In this document: piece by piece, positions 54,030 through 62,711 of the stretch
How positions within the stretch are numbered: the stretch's first letter is position 1
Layout: the number at the start of each line of letters is the position of its first letter
DNA from: a virus
Lineage: Duplodnaviria > Caudoviricetes
IMG/VR virus record: IMGVR_UViG_3300005326_000040
Coordinates: 128,001 to 192,000 of that record
DNA: 64,000 bases
Reading direction: 5' to 3' (one strand)
Made by a program: the position numbers and the translations under genes
Notes under the pieces: generated by a model
Databases searched by the model: none
The model's input: the letters and a program-made list of their open reading frames with translations, nothing else
What the model was told of the DNA's origin: nothing

Positions 54030-54183
54030 TAATACACATAGGACGCGCTTTCAATTCAAAGACGACCCAACGGTTATGATTGAATTGTTTGTCACTCAAA
54101 AAGAATTGAATGTAGGTGTATGTCTTACCTATAAAATGGGTGAATTATTTTAATTGAAGAGAGCTAGGAAGTGGAGATATATA

Positions 54184-54261
54184 AAACTCCGAGCGTAGCG
54201 AGGAGTTTAATTTAATTTAAATTTAAGTATCTGGTTAAAGATCTACTACGTAGATCTTTAA
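54184..54261. repeat. Dispersed double-hairpin element, copy 2
   Basis: AAACTCC/GGAGTTT stem with loop GAGCGTAGCGA, then TTAAAGATCTAC-TAC-GTAGATCTTTAA. Confidence 0.55.
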
Positions 54262-54457
54262 CGCGAAAAATTTCGCAACATAAAAAATTTTCCACGTTCG
54301 GGTGCAGAATAATTATCACAAAAATAGAAAACATAAACACTTTTGGAAGCAATATTTGACGGTGTTCGTTTCCTCTATTTTTACCCTCAAAAAAGCTCAG
54401 CACACATTTGCACACAGCTGAACAGATTTCAACTCACATTATGCAATTTGAGTGTTC

Positions 54458-54486
54458 TTGACAGAACGAAAACCCCATGGTAGAGG
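54458..54486 (+). promoter_or_regulatory. Sigma70-like promoter
   Basis: TTGACA-17-TAGAGG (weak -10). Confidence 0.5.
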
Positions 54487-54491
54487 GGGTG

Positions 54492-54622
54492 AGCGGCTCA
54501 GGTAACCGTTCGACACAACCGGGAAATTTGATACCTGAGTGAACGAATTGAAGCGAGTGTCCAACTTGGACAACCGCTGAACCAATTCTCACTGGAAATC
54601 AAAGGAAGGAAAGTTCGTTCAA
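54492..54622 (+). ncRNA. Candidate structured 5' leader RNA
   Basis: AGCGG/CCGCT, CTCAGGTA/TACCTGAG, TGTCCA/TGGACA, plus TGAACGAA/TTCGTTCA pseudoknot-type pairing. Confidence 0.4.
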
Positions 54623-54669
54623 TCGTTGTTTTTGCCTCTTTATCTTGAGGCTGGTACACCGCAAGAACG

Positions 54670-55341
54670 ATGAAACGTGACACATATCTTTCTATAGACC
54701 TTGACTATTGGTGCGATGATGCGGGCAGTTCACGTATCAATTCTTTCTTCGATCAGCTATTAAATGAAACGAAGGTACAAAAACTGTATCTTGTTTCCTC
54801 ACATGAGATGCTGTTGTCTCACATTGACTCATGTGATTGTGTGGACTTGATAAATGTTGATTTCCATTCTGACCTAGCTGATGACGCTAAATGTGCTGAG
54901 TATATAAGACCATTGAAGTTAAATGAAGGCACATGGGTAAACTTTGTAAAATGGAAGAATCGAAAGCAATTCAATTGGTATCATCCTCATCCTAACAAGT
55001 TCTCGTTGGATTTTGGATATTGTCACGCTACAATAAATCCGTTCTTGGATAATAAATTAGCTAATACTGGATGGAAAAAAGTAGTAAAGACTAAAGGTCA
55101 TCTTAAAGACGGTATACCCTGGAACAAAGTAGCCGCAGTTGGAATAGCTATTAGCTATCCATGGTTATTAAGAGGCGCGCAGAGACATCCTTTTGAAACT
55201 GTTTACTCTAGCGTTCTGCCATCATTGCTCGGCATCAAGGATATCAGGAAAGCTGAGACATTTGCGAAGCAAGTGAAAGTGAGGAGGGAGATAGATCTTG
55301 GCTTGTTCGAAAAGAGATGGAACGAGCTAGCTTCTCGATAG
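54670..55341 (+). CDS. UPF0489/arginase-deacetylase-fold protein
   Basis: LSIDLDYW, SHE, NVDFHSDL, EGTWV. Confidence 0.6.
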   Translation: MKRDTYLSIDLDYWCDDAGSSRINSFFDQLLNETKVQKLYLVSSHEMLLSHIDSCDCVDLINVDFHSDLADDAKCAEYIRPLKLNEGTWVNFVKWKNRKQFNWYHPHPNKFSLDFGYCHATINPFLDNKLANTGWKKVVKTKGHLKDGIPWNKVAAVGIAISYPWLLRGAQRHPFETVYSSVLPSLLGIKDIRKAETFAKQVKVRREIDLGLFEKRWNELASR

Positions 55342-55396
55342 AAGCCTAGAGAGTGTGACAGAGGGGTCTGTAGTGGGGGAAGAGGGGTAGGCGACG

Positions 55397-56359
55397 ATGC
55401 AGGCAGGCGTTGTTACACAAACCAACCATGATGACAAGGTGGGGGAAACGACCTTGTATTCAATGGACAGTTACGGCAAGACGGTTCTGACTATCAGAAA
55501 GTACACGCCAGACGCAGATATTAATATCGACGAAGACCCTCCATACCTCATGTCTATTGCCTACATGGCAGGCACGAGAGGTACCGTTTTTCTTCTGACG
55601 GATAACGGCTACGTCGTAGGTAAGTCCTACGAGTGGTCTCCGAAAAAGAAGGAATATATTCTCAAACGTCAAACTTCCAAATTGGATTCTGTGGATTGGA
55701 TTTTTGACAAATTTGAAGCCGACTTTTATACTTCTCCTCAGCTTCAGTCGCTTGACTTCGACCTGTACTCGCACGGGGCGTCTATCTCGAAAAGCATTGC
55801 TGGTGCTCCCGCTTGTATGGGCGAAGAGGAAGACGACAAAGAAGAAAGCGATGATGAAGAAGAAGATGAAGATGAGGTAAACGAAGAACTTAATAAGTTC
55901 TCAAAACAAAGGGACAAGCTTTCCTATATTGACAAGTTGAATCAACAGCTAGGGAAGCGTAAAGACAGTATCGAATACGTTCTTTGTGTCCTCACGCACT
56001 GGAAAGAGTTTGTGTGCGAGTGTTGTGAAAGGCGTCACGGCTTGATGAAAGACCGGCTGAAGATGCTGAAACGCCATGAGGATGACAAGCTGTTGTCGTT
56101 GATTGATGACCCTCGTAGTGACGAGGATAAAATCAATGATGCTGTAGATGAACTGGAACAATTCCAAAAGAAAGCTGCGCAAGGCTGCGCTTGTACTTCT
56201 ACGGAAGTTCTCTACATGAATTCACGCTTGCCGAAAATTCAAGCCGTTCTTTCTCGGCAGGGTACGGTGGCGGATAAGATCGAAGAGATGCTTAGCCGTG
56301 TGGATGATGAATTGGAAAATGAAGAAGTTGATTTGGGCTTTTCAGAATTAGAGGGTTAG
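55397..56359 (+). CDS. Hypothetical protein with acidic tract
   Basis: 320-aa ORF; EEEDDKEESDDEEEDEDE. Confidence 0.7.
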   Translation: MQAGVVTQTNHDDKVGETTLYSMDSYGKTVLTIRKYTPDADINIDEDPPYLMSIAYMAGTRGTVFLLTDNGYVVGKSYEWSPKKKEYILKRQTSKLDSVDWIFDKFEADFYTSPQLQSLDFDLYSHGASISKSIAGAPACMGEEEDDKEESDDEEEDEDEVNEELNKFSKQRDKLSYIDKLNQQLGKRKDSIEYVLCVLTHWKEFVCECCERRHGLMKDRLKMLKRHEDDKLLSLIDDPRSDEDKINDAVDELEQFQKKAAQGCACTSTEVLYMNSRLPKIQAVLSRQGTVADKIEEMLSRVDDELENEEVDLGFSELEG

Positions 56360-56366
56360 ACTACAA

Positions 56367-56621
56367 ATGGGAAAAAAGATTAAGCGAGATAGGATTGAAG
56401 TGATTGGCGAGGTAGTTGAGTCTTTTCGCTCAGCCAGATTTTTGGTGAAGCTCAACGCAAACAGTGCTGAGACGGTAGTAAGTTGTACTCTGTGCGGAAA
56501 GATGAAGGAAAACTATATTAAGATTGTTCCTGGGGATACTGTCGTAGTTGAGCTTTGCCCATACGACATGACCAGCGGACGTATTATTTCCAGAGGAAAG
56601 CAGCGTATGGCAGCAGAGTAA
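56367..56621 (+). CDS. infA: Translation initiation factor IF-1
   Basis: IEVIGEVVE...FLVKL...GKMKENYIKIVPGDTVVVELCPYDMTSGRIISR. Confidence 0.93.
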   Translation: MGKKIKRDRIEVIGEVVESFRSARFLVKLNANSAETVVSCTLCGKMKENYIKIVPGDTVVVELCPYDMTSGRIISRGKQRMAAE

Positions 56622-56625
56622 GTAA

Positions 56626-57084
56626 ATGTCAAGATGGCTAATTGTTCTGTTGATTTTTATAGCCATTCTAATACCGGCGATTGACTCTGACGCAGTAGTT
56701 CCGCGTTCTAATCCGAATCTATCTGGCTCCTGGGAGACTCCACAGGGGCTTGATGTGAAGCTAACCCATTCTCCCACAACTAAAGAAACGTCCGTGCGTT
56801 GGGTTTATGCTTCCAAAGCAACAGGAATCGTATACTTACATGGGGCGGGGTTGACAACTTTTGATCGAAGTGGTAATTTTAAAATTGAAACTTCGATAGA
56901 AGATTTTTATTTGTTTATGGGTGGATGGCTGTGCCGTACATCCGGCAATACATTTAATGCGCAAGGTAAAGTGTCGAAAAGATTTTTGCAAATGAAGAAA
57001 TGTATGCTATCATTCAAGTACAAGTGTGGTTCATCATGGGTGGAAAACACTGTACCGATTGATTGCACTGGACAATGGGAATGA
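56626..57084 (+). CDS. Secreted hypothetical protein
   Basis: Signal peptide; LSGSW; four Cys. Confidence 0.65.
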   Translation: MSRWLIVLLIFIAILIPAIDSDAVVPRSNPNLSGSWETPQGLDVKLTHSPTTKETSVRWVYASKATGIVYLHGAGLTTFDRSGNFKIETSIEDFYLFMGGWLCRTSGNTFNAQGKVSKRFLQMKKCMLSFKYKCGSSWVENTVPIDCTGQWE

Positions 57085-57087
57085 ATC

Positions 57088-57870
57088 ATGCGCGACGACG
57101 ATGACGATTTTTCAGATCTTACTCCGGTCGAATTTGCTATCAACGGAAAGGAGTGGACAACGCCAGAAATGATGGCGTTGGGGCATACCAGAGTTCAGGT
57201 CATTGCTCTATTTGAAAAGCTTCACTCGCTTGGTTTTGGAGTTTATACGCCGGGAGGGCGAGGGCCGGGCAATTCGTCTAGGTTCAAACCAAACGAGAAG
57301 TGTCCGCCGAAGTATACAATTCTATTTCGTAAGGTTGGCACACGAAAAAAGACAGATGATTCCAGCAAAGTTGTAACGTTGGCTGCGCCTGCATCAAAGG
57401 TACCAACACCTGTACCTCAGAAGCCGGTGAATTTTTCACCAAAGGTAGCAGCAGCAGAAACAGAAGAGCCCGATTCTGCTGCTCCAGGCGCTTTCAATCC
57501 TGAATATGTAGGTACGTCTTTCGGCCTTGTAAAAGACTGGTTGCGTGGGTTGACAGGCCGCGTCATTGTTAAAGATCGTTTTGCTGCCACCCTAGGTTAT
57601 GAATGTGTTGTATACGGCGATGAGATTCTAGCCGTGGTACGCATCCGTGGTGGTGGTAGTGATAGTATTGAAGACGCCTTGAACGTTGTTTGGAGCCGCG
57701 TAAAGGACAGGGTAGGGGTCAAGCACACTACCAAGGCGGGCATGACCGTAAAGGACGCGGTCATTTCAAGATTGAAGGGTAATGGATATTACGTCCTGGA
57801 TAGGATAAAGGAATTCAGTCGTACTGATAAACCAAAAGAACCAATTCAGGATGACGACGAAGAGCAATAG
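57088..57870 (+). CDS. Protein with N-terminal winged-helix-like G-R-G..SRF domain
   Basis: VIALFEKLHSLGFGVYTPGGRGPGNSSRF. Confidence 0.65.
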   Translation: MRDDDDDFSDLTPVEFAINGKEWTTPEMMALGHTRVQVIALFEKLHSLGFGVYTPGGRGPGNSSRFKPNEKCPPKYTILFRKVGTRKKTDDSSKVVTLAAPASKVPTPVPQKPVNFSPKVAAAETEEPDSAAPGAFNPEYVGTSFGLVKDWLRGLTGRVIVKDRFAATLGYECVVYGDEILAVVRIRGGGSDSIEDALNVVWSRVKDRVGVKHTTKAGMTVKDAVISRLKGNGYYVLDRIKEFSRTDKPKEPIQDDDEEQ

Positions 57871-57890
57871 ATTCCCAAAACGAAACGATG

Positions 57891-57931
57891 ATGGCCCGAA
57901 ACTAACACCTTCGGGCCGTTTCCTTTAAGGT
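57891..57931 (+). terminator. Probable intrinsic terminator
   Basis: GGCCCGAA/TTCGGGCC stem followed by GTTTCC. Confidence 0.55.
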
Positions 57932-57947
57932 TCTTATGGAGTTTTAA

Positions 57948-58238
57948 ATGCGTTCTGTATGGTGTCCAGCAGATTCGGAACCATATGTAGCCGATTGTTT
58001 ATTCCCAGAATTTAGTTTCCGGGTCAGATCATTTTTAAAGATTAGCGATACTGCGCATATATTATGTTCAACCAAATCGGTATTTGCTCCGTATCGCGTT
58101 GTGCTTCCAGCAAGTAGATTTGATGTAAATTATTATGCGCCTTTTAAACCTTTTGTGATAGTTGCGCACCCTCAGTGGGAGGATCTGTCGTGCGAGGATA
58201 ATGTGAAAATTTTCAAAATACTTAATAGGGAGTACTAA
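57948..58238 (+). CDS. DUF3846-like paralog 7
   Basis: RSVWCPADSEPYV; PFVIV...DLSCEDNVKIF. Confidence 0.55.
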   Translation: MRSVWCPADSEPYVADCLFPEFSFRVRSFLKISDTAHILCSTKSVFAPYRVVLPASRFDVNYYAPFKPFVIVAHPQWEDLSCEDNVKIFKILNREY

Positions 58239-58532
58239 ATGCGCGTTTTGGTTTTTCCTGTAGATGCGGAGCCTTATGTAAAAGACTTTTATGATGACAA
58301 CTTTTCTGGGCAAGCCCAATTGATTGTTGGGCAAAAGCAAAGATGTCTGTTTAGGGCGCCTGGATTTCATCCATATCGCGTTATAACAGGGAATTCAAAT
58401 GTAAACATCGTAAGACCTTTTATTGTAATTTCTGAATTTGCATGGAGTAATTTGTGTTGTGACGATATTACACGCATTTTAAATTTGGTAAAGCAAATGG
58501 AAGATAAAGGGAAAAATAAAAATGAGCATTAA
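58239..58532 (+). CDS. DUF3846-like paralog 8
   Basis: RVLVFPVDAEPYVKD; PFIVI...NLCCDDITRIL. Confidence 0.6.
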   Translation: MRVLVFPVDAEPYVKDFYDDNFSGQAQLIVGQKQRCLFRAPGFHPYRVITGNSNVNIVRPFIVISEFAWSNLCCDDITRILNLVKQMEDKGKNKNEH

Positions 58533-58833
58533 TGATAAACATCAAAAAATGATGGATTATCTTAAGGAAGTAGAATCTATTCTTCCTGAGATTAGTGATT
58601 GGAAGCCTGAAGTACGAGATGATATGCCTGGGCACGCTCGTGCTTTTACAGGAAGTGTGAAGGGGTGGCATGTCGTTGTTGTTGATTTTGACATTAGTGA
58701 TCAGGGATTCCCTCCGGGAACTCGCGGGTATGACGGGGCGGCACGCAATGCGGCGGAAGGAGTAGTTCTTCATTTCACGAGGGAGCTTGCAGAAATAGCG
58801 ATTAGGTTGGCAGTTAGTAAAACCATGGTGTGA
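58522..58833 (+). CDS. Hypothetical protein
   Basis: ORF in string. Confidence 0.55.
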   Translation: MSINDKHQKMMDYLKEVESILPEISDWKPEVRDDMPGHARAFTGSVKGWHVVVVDFDISDQGFPPGTRGYDGAARNAAEGVVLHFTRELAEIAIRLAVSKTMV

Positions 58834-58837
58834 GGCG

Positions 58838-59224
58838 ATGTATTTGGATAGACTTTTCCGCGCTTCTAGAGATAAGCTTTTTTATTGGGCGCAGTTTGAT
58901 CATTTATATCCTCAGATTTATGCTGTAGAATTGTTTTTTGATTCGCCGGTTGTGAGTTTAGATGAAGTGTTATGTTTTGGTCGGGGACATTTTTTATACG
59001 CAGGAGAAAATGGCACTTGGAATGAAAATTCCGCCCAACAAATGACAACGCTTTTGTGGAAGAATATGTCTCATTATGCGCGCGGTTGTAATTTGTCAGC
59101 CGTTTCATTTTCTAATCTTCCCAGATCGATTTTCGAAATAACACTTAGAGAACTTATGTGCAGTATAAAGAAGTGTCCTGGGCCATGGTTGACTGAAGAG
59201 GAAAAACTAAAAGAGATTAAATAA
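58838..59224 (+). CDS. Hypothetical protein
   Basis: GAGG SD; ORF in string. Confidence 0.55.
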   Translation: MYLDRLFRASRDKLFYWAQFDHLYPQIYAVELFFDSPVVSLDEVLCFGRGHFLYAGENGTWNENSAQQMTTLLWKNMSHYARGCNLSAVSFSNLPRSIFEITLRELMCSIKKCPGPWLTEEEKLKEIK

Positions 59225-59235
59225 TCCTATCATTT

Positions 59236-59263
59236 TTGCCATCCATGTTTTTTATGGTATCTC
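59236..59263 (+). promoter_or_regulatory. Sigma70-like promoter
   Basis: TTGCCA-16-TATCTC. Confidence 0.45.
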
Positions 59264-59274
59264 CATAGGAGCAC

Positions 59275-59469
59275 ATGGATGATAAAGAAATGAAATTTGA
59301 ACTCCCCCTTTCTTTTAGTGTTGGGTCACAAGTTACACGGCAGCATGTTGAATTAGCCAAACGGGAAGCAGCATCCTTTCCTGGAGGCTCACGGGAATGT
59401 ATCGCCTGGACTTCTTATGCGAAAAGGCTTGAAAGAGAATGCCTCAAGCAAGAAGAACTGAACAAATAG
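59275..59469 (+). CDS. Hypothetical protein
   Basis: AGGAG SD. Confidence 0.55.
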   Translation: MDDKEMKFELPLSFSVGSQVTRQHVELAKREAASFPGGSRECIAWTSYAKRLERECLKQEELNK

Positions 59470-59954
59470 TTTTTGACGTAAGTCATCATTATTCTATTTT
59501 GCTTGCGCTTGCTTCTCAGGCGCGAGCGCACATGGAAATTCTTGTCAAATTAGCAAAAGGTACATTGCCATGGGGGATGGCAGGGTACTGTGGTGTAGGT
59601 TCCAGACACCTTCAGTCTTTGGCTAAGTCTGCTGGAATCGATATTGATTTGGTATATGGTCGTTATAGCTCGAAGCGTCATTCTTCGGGTCATTGCTGGA
59701 CGGAATATCAAAATAAAGTAATTGATGTAACGGCAACGCAATTCTTTCGAGATCATATTGACGCTCCGATTTATCTATTTGACAAAGGATTTGACAAGCG
59801 CTACATTCCGTTGTATAGGAATGAGCTAGCGGATGAAGTCATTCGGTGTTGGACGCGGGAGCAGAATTATTATTGTTATCGAGATGCGTTAACAACCATC
59901 ACTCGATTGTATGGCTTATCGCTGATTCGAGCAATAACGGAACAAAGGGTATGA
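59439..59954 (+). CDS. Transglutaminase/papain-like Cys-His-Asp protein
   Basis: GYCG...GHCW...IDVTATQF; start uncertain. Confidence 0.6.
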   Translation: MPQARRTEQIVFDVSHHYSILLALASQARAHMEILVKLAKGTLPWGMAGYCGVGSRHLQSLAKSAGIDIDLVYGRYSSKRHSSGHCWTEYQNKVIDVTATQFFRDHIDAPIYLFDKGFDKRYIPLYRNELADEVIRCWTREQNYYCYRDALTTITRLYGLSLIRAITEQRV

Positions 59955-60457
59955 AAATGGGAACCGTAGACACTGGCGCTATGCAATATTTGTATATGAT
60001 TTTTGTTACCCCGCTTGGAAAGGGGTACGGTTGTTTTGCTATCAAAAGGAATGGAGATAACTACACAGTATCATCCTCTTACTGTCACCCAACAGATCGA
60101 AAGCTTTTCCGAAAGGAAGTAGCGAGGGACAAGGCTTGCAAGATGATGCTTGCGCCTCGTCGGAAGAGGTTGGAAGCTTTGGATTCAGTTGGTGCGAAGC
60201 CTTCTGTGACCGTAGTGTTCTCGAAGGAAAGCCCGCAACAGAACATTGAAAATGCAACGATTGTGAACGCTGCTCTTGAACAGCGGCTCATGATGCCCTC
60301 TTGGGCGAAGCGGGCGTACAATCTTCATCACTTTACGTGTGGCTTGACCAAGGACAATATGACTTGGAACAAGCTCGTTGCGGAAGTTGGCGCAGTAGAC
60401 TTCTTGCTTGATCATTTTCGAGCAATGAATATTGTTCACATGGACATAGATTGGTGA
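59951..60457 (+). CDS. Hypothetical protein
   Basis: SYCHPTD..F.K..AR..A motif; ATGA overlap. Confidence 0.65.
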   Translation: MKMGTVDTGAMQYLYMIFVTPLGKGYGCFAIKRNGDNYTVSSSYCHPTDRKLFRKEVARDKACKMMLAPRRKRLEALDSVGAKPSVTVVFSKESPQQNIENATIVNAALEQRLMMPSWAKRAYNLHHFTCGLTKDNMTWNKLVAEVGAVDFLLDHFRAMNIVHMDIDW

Positions 60458-60465
60458 AAGCTTAA

Positions 60466-60610
60466 GGTGGGGCCGGGAACCTGCAATTCCCGGTAAGGCA
60501 CAACAGAAGTAAAAACTTCGCCAGTGCCAAGCCCCTTCACGCGTAGGCTGGTATAACACACCCCTCCGCCTGAAGTCGCTAGACCAGTTTTCCGTGAAGG
60601 GGCCTCACCA
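60466..60610 (+). ncRNA. Candidate novel four-way-junction ncRNA
   Basis: P1 60466-71/60604-09; P2 60472-79/60487-94; P3 60497-501/60524-28; P4 perfect 11 bp 60531-41/60593-603; fills the intergenic gap. Confidence 0.7.
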
Positions 60611-60660
60611 TGGTTTTCCCTTTCTTCTTTTTATCAACTTCAAATTAAAGGAAATTCTTT

Positions 60661-61041
60661 ATGAACGACCCTGCGGTTCGTGGTAAGAGTGTTTTGCGAG
60701 TTGTGCGATGCCCTTTGGATGGCCCGCCAGAGGTTATTGATCTGAAAAACGATTACAGGTGTTTTTCAGAAGCTGTTTTTGATAAGAGCACAGATACAGT
60801 TTATGGGTTTTATTCTGACATTTCTAGAGGGGGAGACAAGTTTGGCACTGATTATATGGTTATTTATGGTTATTATTCCCGCACGGTAAATGTGTATGGA
60901 TATCGCGGGATAATTCTTATTGTGAATTGGGATAAAGCTTCTAATAATGCTGTTGATATGAAGTGCTCAAATATCATTGAGGTCTTCAAAAAGATTACGC
61001 GTTCCAAAGCGGCAAGGAAGCGCGTTAAAAAGGCTAGATAA
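60661..61041 (+). CDS. DUF3846-like paralog 9
   Basis: RVVRCPLDGPPEVIDLKND; GIILI...DMKCSNIIEVF. Confidence 0.6.
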   Translation: MNDPAVRGKSVLRVVRCPLDGPPEVIDLKNDYRCFSEAVFDKSTDTVYGFYSDISRGGDKFGTDYMVIYGYYSRTVNVYGYRGIILIVNWDKASNNAVDMKCSNIIEVFKKITRSKAARKRVKKAR

Positions 61042-61042
61042 A

Positions 61043-61732
61043 ATGGGACTTAGACATAAGAACACTGAAGTAGACGACCATCTTATGGCGACTCTTCCTA
61101 ATCTTGCTCTTTCAGCTGAGCAAAAGGTGCTTGTTGAAAACAATTTGGGTTTGGTTGGACATATTGCCCACGCTTTTGCTGGTTACCAGATGGAACACGA
61201 AGAGTTGTTTCAGTGGGGTTGTTTTGGTTTAATGCATGCCGCAATGAAATACGATGCGGATAAGGGCGAATTCAAAAGCTATGCCGGAACGTGGATTCGC
61301 TGCTACATTAAGAGTGCGGTTAGATTTATGTGGAGCCAAGTAGTTATGAAAAAGACTACTGCGAAAGGAGGCTTTTGGTCGGAAGAAGGAAAGTTTCGCG
61401 GTAGACGTGATGCGTATCTTAGCGAAACGGTTTATAGAGATTCCGAGAATGTAACGTTGTTGGATACATTGTCTGCTAGTTCAGATGGTTCTGTTAATGA
61501 ATTTGAAAAAAGTGAACAGATTGATAGGTTGAGTAAAGTTATAGAAAAGGCAGAACAACATCCTACTTCGCCATTGCTTCCTCGTGAAAAGGAAGTTATT
61601 AAAATGGTGTATTGGGATGATCAGAATTTTGTTGAAATTGGTAAAAAGCAACATGCTCATAAGAATCGGATTGGCTTCGTGCATGACCGGGCGATGGCGA
61701 AGCTGCAACGCGCAGCTGCGCATATCCAGTAA
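61043..61732 (+). CDS. RNA polymerase sigma70-family factor (regions 2 and 4)
   Basis: LVENNLGLV..IA...EELFQWG..GL..AA.KYD..KG.F..YA..WIR; LLPREKEVI...EIG. Confidence 0.9.
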   Translation: MGLRHKNTEVDDHLMATLPNLALSAEQKVLVENNLGLVGHIAHAFAGYQMEHEELFQWGCFGLMHAAMKYDADKGEFKSYAGTWIRCYIKSAVRFMWSQVVMKKTTAKGGFWSEEGKFRGRRDAYLSETVYRDSENVTLLDTLSASSDGSVNEFEKSEQIDRLSKVIEKAEQHPTSPLLPREKEVIKMVYWDDQNFVEIGKKQHAHKNRIGFVHDRAMAKLQRAAAHIQ

Positions 61733-61778
61733 AAGTAAATTTCCAGTCCTATTGTAATTTCACCATAACCTATTTCGA

Positions 61779-61806
61779 TTGACACGGCCCGCGTGCGGTG
61801 TAAGAT
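61779..61806 (+). promoter_or_regulatory. Sigma70-like promoter, leaderless
   Basis: TTGACA-16-TAAGAT; ATG 61813 lies 6 nt downstream (alternative SD-led ATG at 61900). Confidence 0.65.
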
Positions 61807-61812
61807 ACGGTT

Positions 61813-62700
61813 ATGTTTGGCGCCGAGGCATATGCTCGTTTGATGGATTTGCGGGACGAAGATGGCGTTGTTATCGAGCAAAAGGAAAAGCGAGGAAGAA
61901 TGGCTACTTCAAATTTGGAAGAAGTGAAACAATTTGTGCTCTCTTATAAGCAAACTGAAAATGAAGCAATTCTGGATTCTTTGGAATCGGCCGGAAAATA
62001 TGACCGGGCTGTTATTATGAGCGCAATGAAAGCTCTTCAGAATGACGGGCGCGGACGGTTTGTTGTTGGGCGTAAGGGTGGTAAAACCCGTTTTGAATTT
62101 GGCGCGCAGGTTGAAGAAAAGCCAAGCGCTCCTCCCGCGCAGGAATCGAAGATTAACATCATTGCCAATGGGCTCGAAAACGTAATCAAGCAGGAGCAAG
62201 AAAAGAATCCCAACAACCCTCTCATCTTCAATGTTGATGAGCTTGCTGCTCGGGTAGACCGTTCATTGCTTATTGCTGCTTTCCGCGTTTTGGAGACGCG
62301 ACAAATTGGAACGTTCATCGTTGGTCGTAAGGAACAGTCTAGCCGATTTGTGGTGGGAGAGGTCAAGAAGGAAAAGCCGGTAGTTGATGTCATTAGAAGT
62401 TCGGACCCTTCTCGTTATGACCTGCCCGTTCCGGAAGTTGGACCATTCTCTGAAAGCGGAGTATCAGTTCCTGGTCGCGAAGATAAGGAATTGAGCGTTT
62501 CTGGAGCAATGATTCGGCTAACGCCGGAAGCTGTTGTGTTGCTGGTGAATATGCCTGGAGGAAAAGATTCTGTAGAAGATGCAGTGGCGGTAGTTCCGCA
62601 ATTGAGTTCTCTTCCTGAAGACAAGAAGTCTCTGCTTATTGAAGGTTTGAAACGCCACGCTTTTGTTTATACTCAGTTTCTTGGTGTCGAGTTGGAGTAG
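61813..62700 (+). CDS. Protein with two tandem winged-helix-like VGRK..RF domains
   Basis: ALQNDGRGRFVVGRKGGKTRF and VLETRQIGTFIVGRKEQSSRF. Confidence 0.7.
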   Translation: MFGAEAYARLMDLRDEDGVVIEQKEKRGRMATSNLEEVKQFVLSYKQTENEAILDSLESAGKYDRAVIMSAMKALQNDGRGRFVVGRKGGKTRFEFGAQVEEKPSAPPAQESKINIIANGLENVIKQEQEKNPNNPLIFNVDELAARVDRSLLIAAFRVLETRQIGTFIVGRKEQSSRFVVGEVKKEKPVVDVIRSSDPSRYDLPVPEVGPFSESGVSVPGREDKELSVSGAMIRLTPEAVVLLVNMPGGKDSVEDAVAVVPQLSSLPEDKKSLLIEGLKRHAFVYTQFLGVELE

Positions 62701-62711
62701 AGGAGAATCGA

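Noticed and set aside
60466-60610. tmRNA, cobalamin riboswitch or 5S rRNA identity for this RNA
   Set aside because: It is too short for tmRNA, with no T-arm or tag ORF, and the G-U pair is at 2-71 rather than 3-70. Only fragments resemble the B12 box (AAGTC..AGACC) or 5S (CAGAAGT), without the required architecture.
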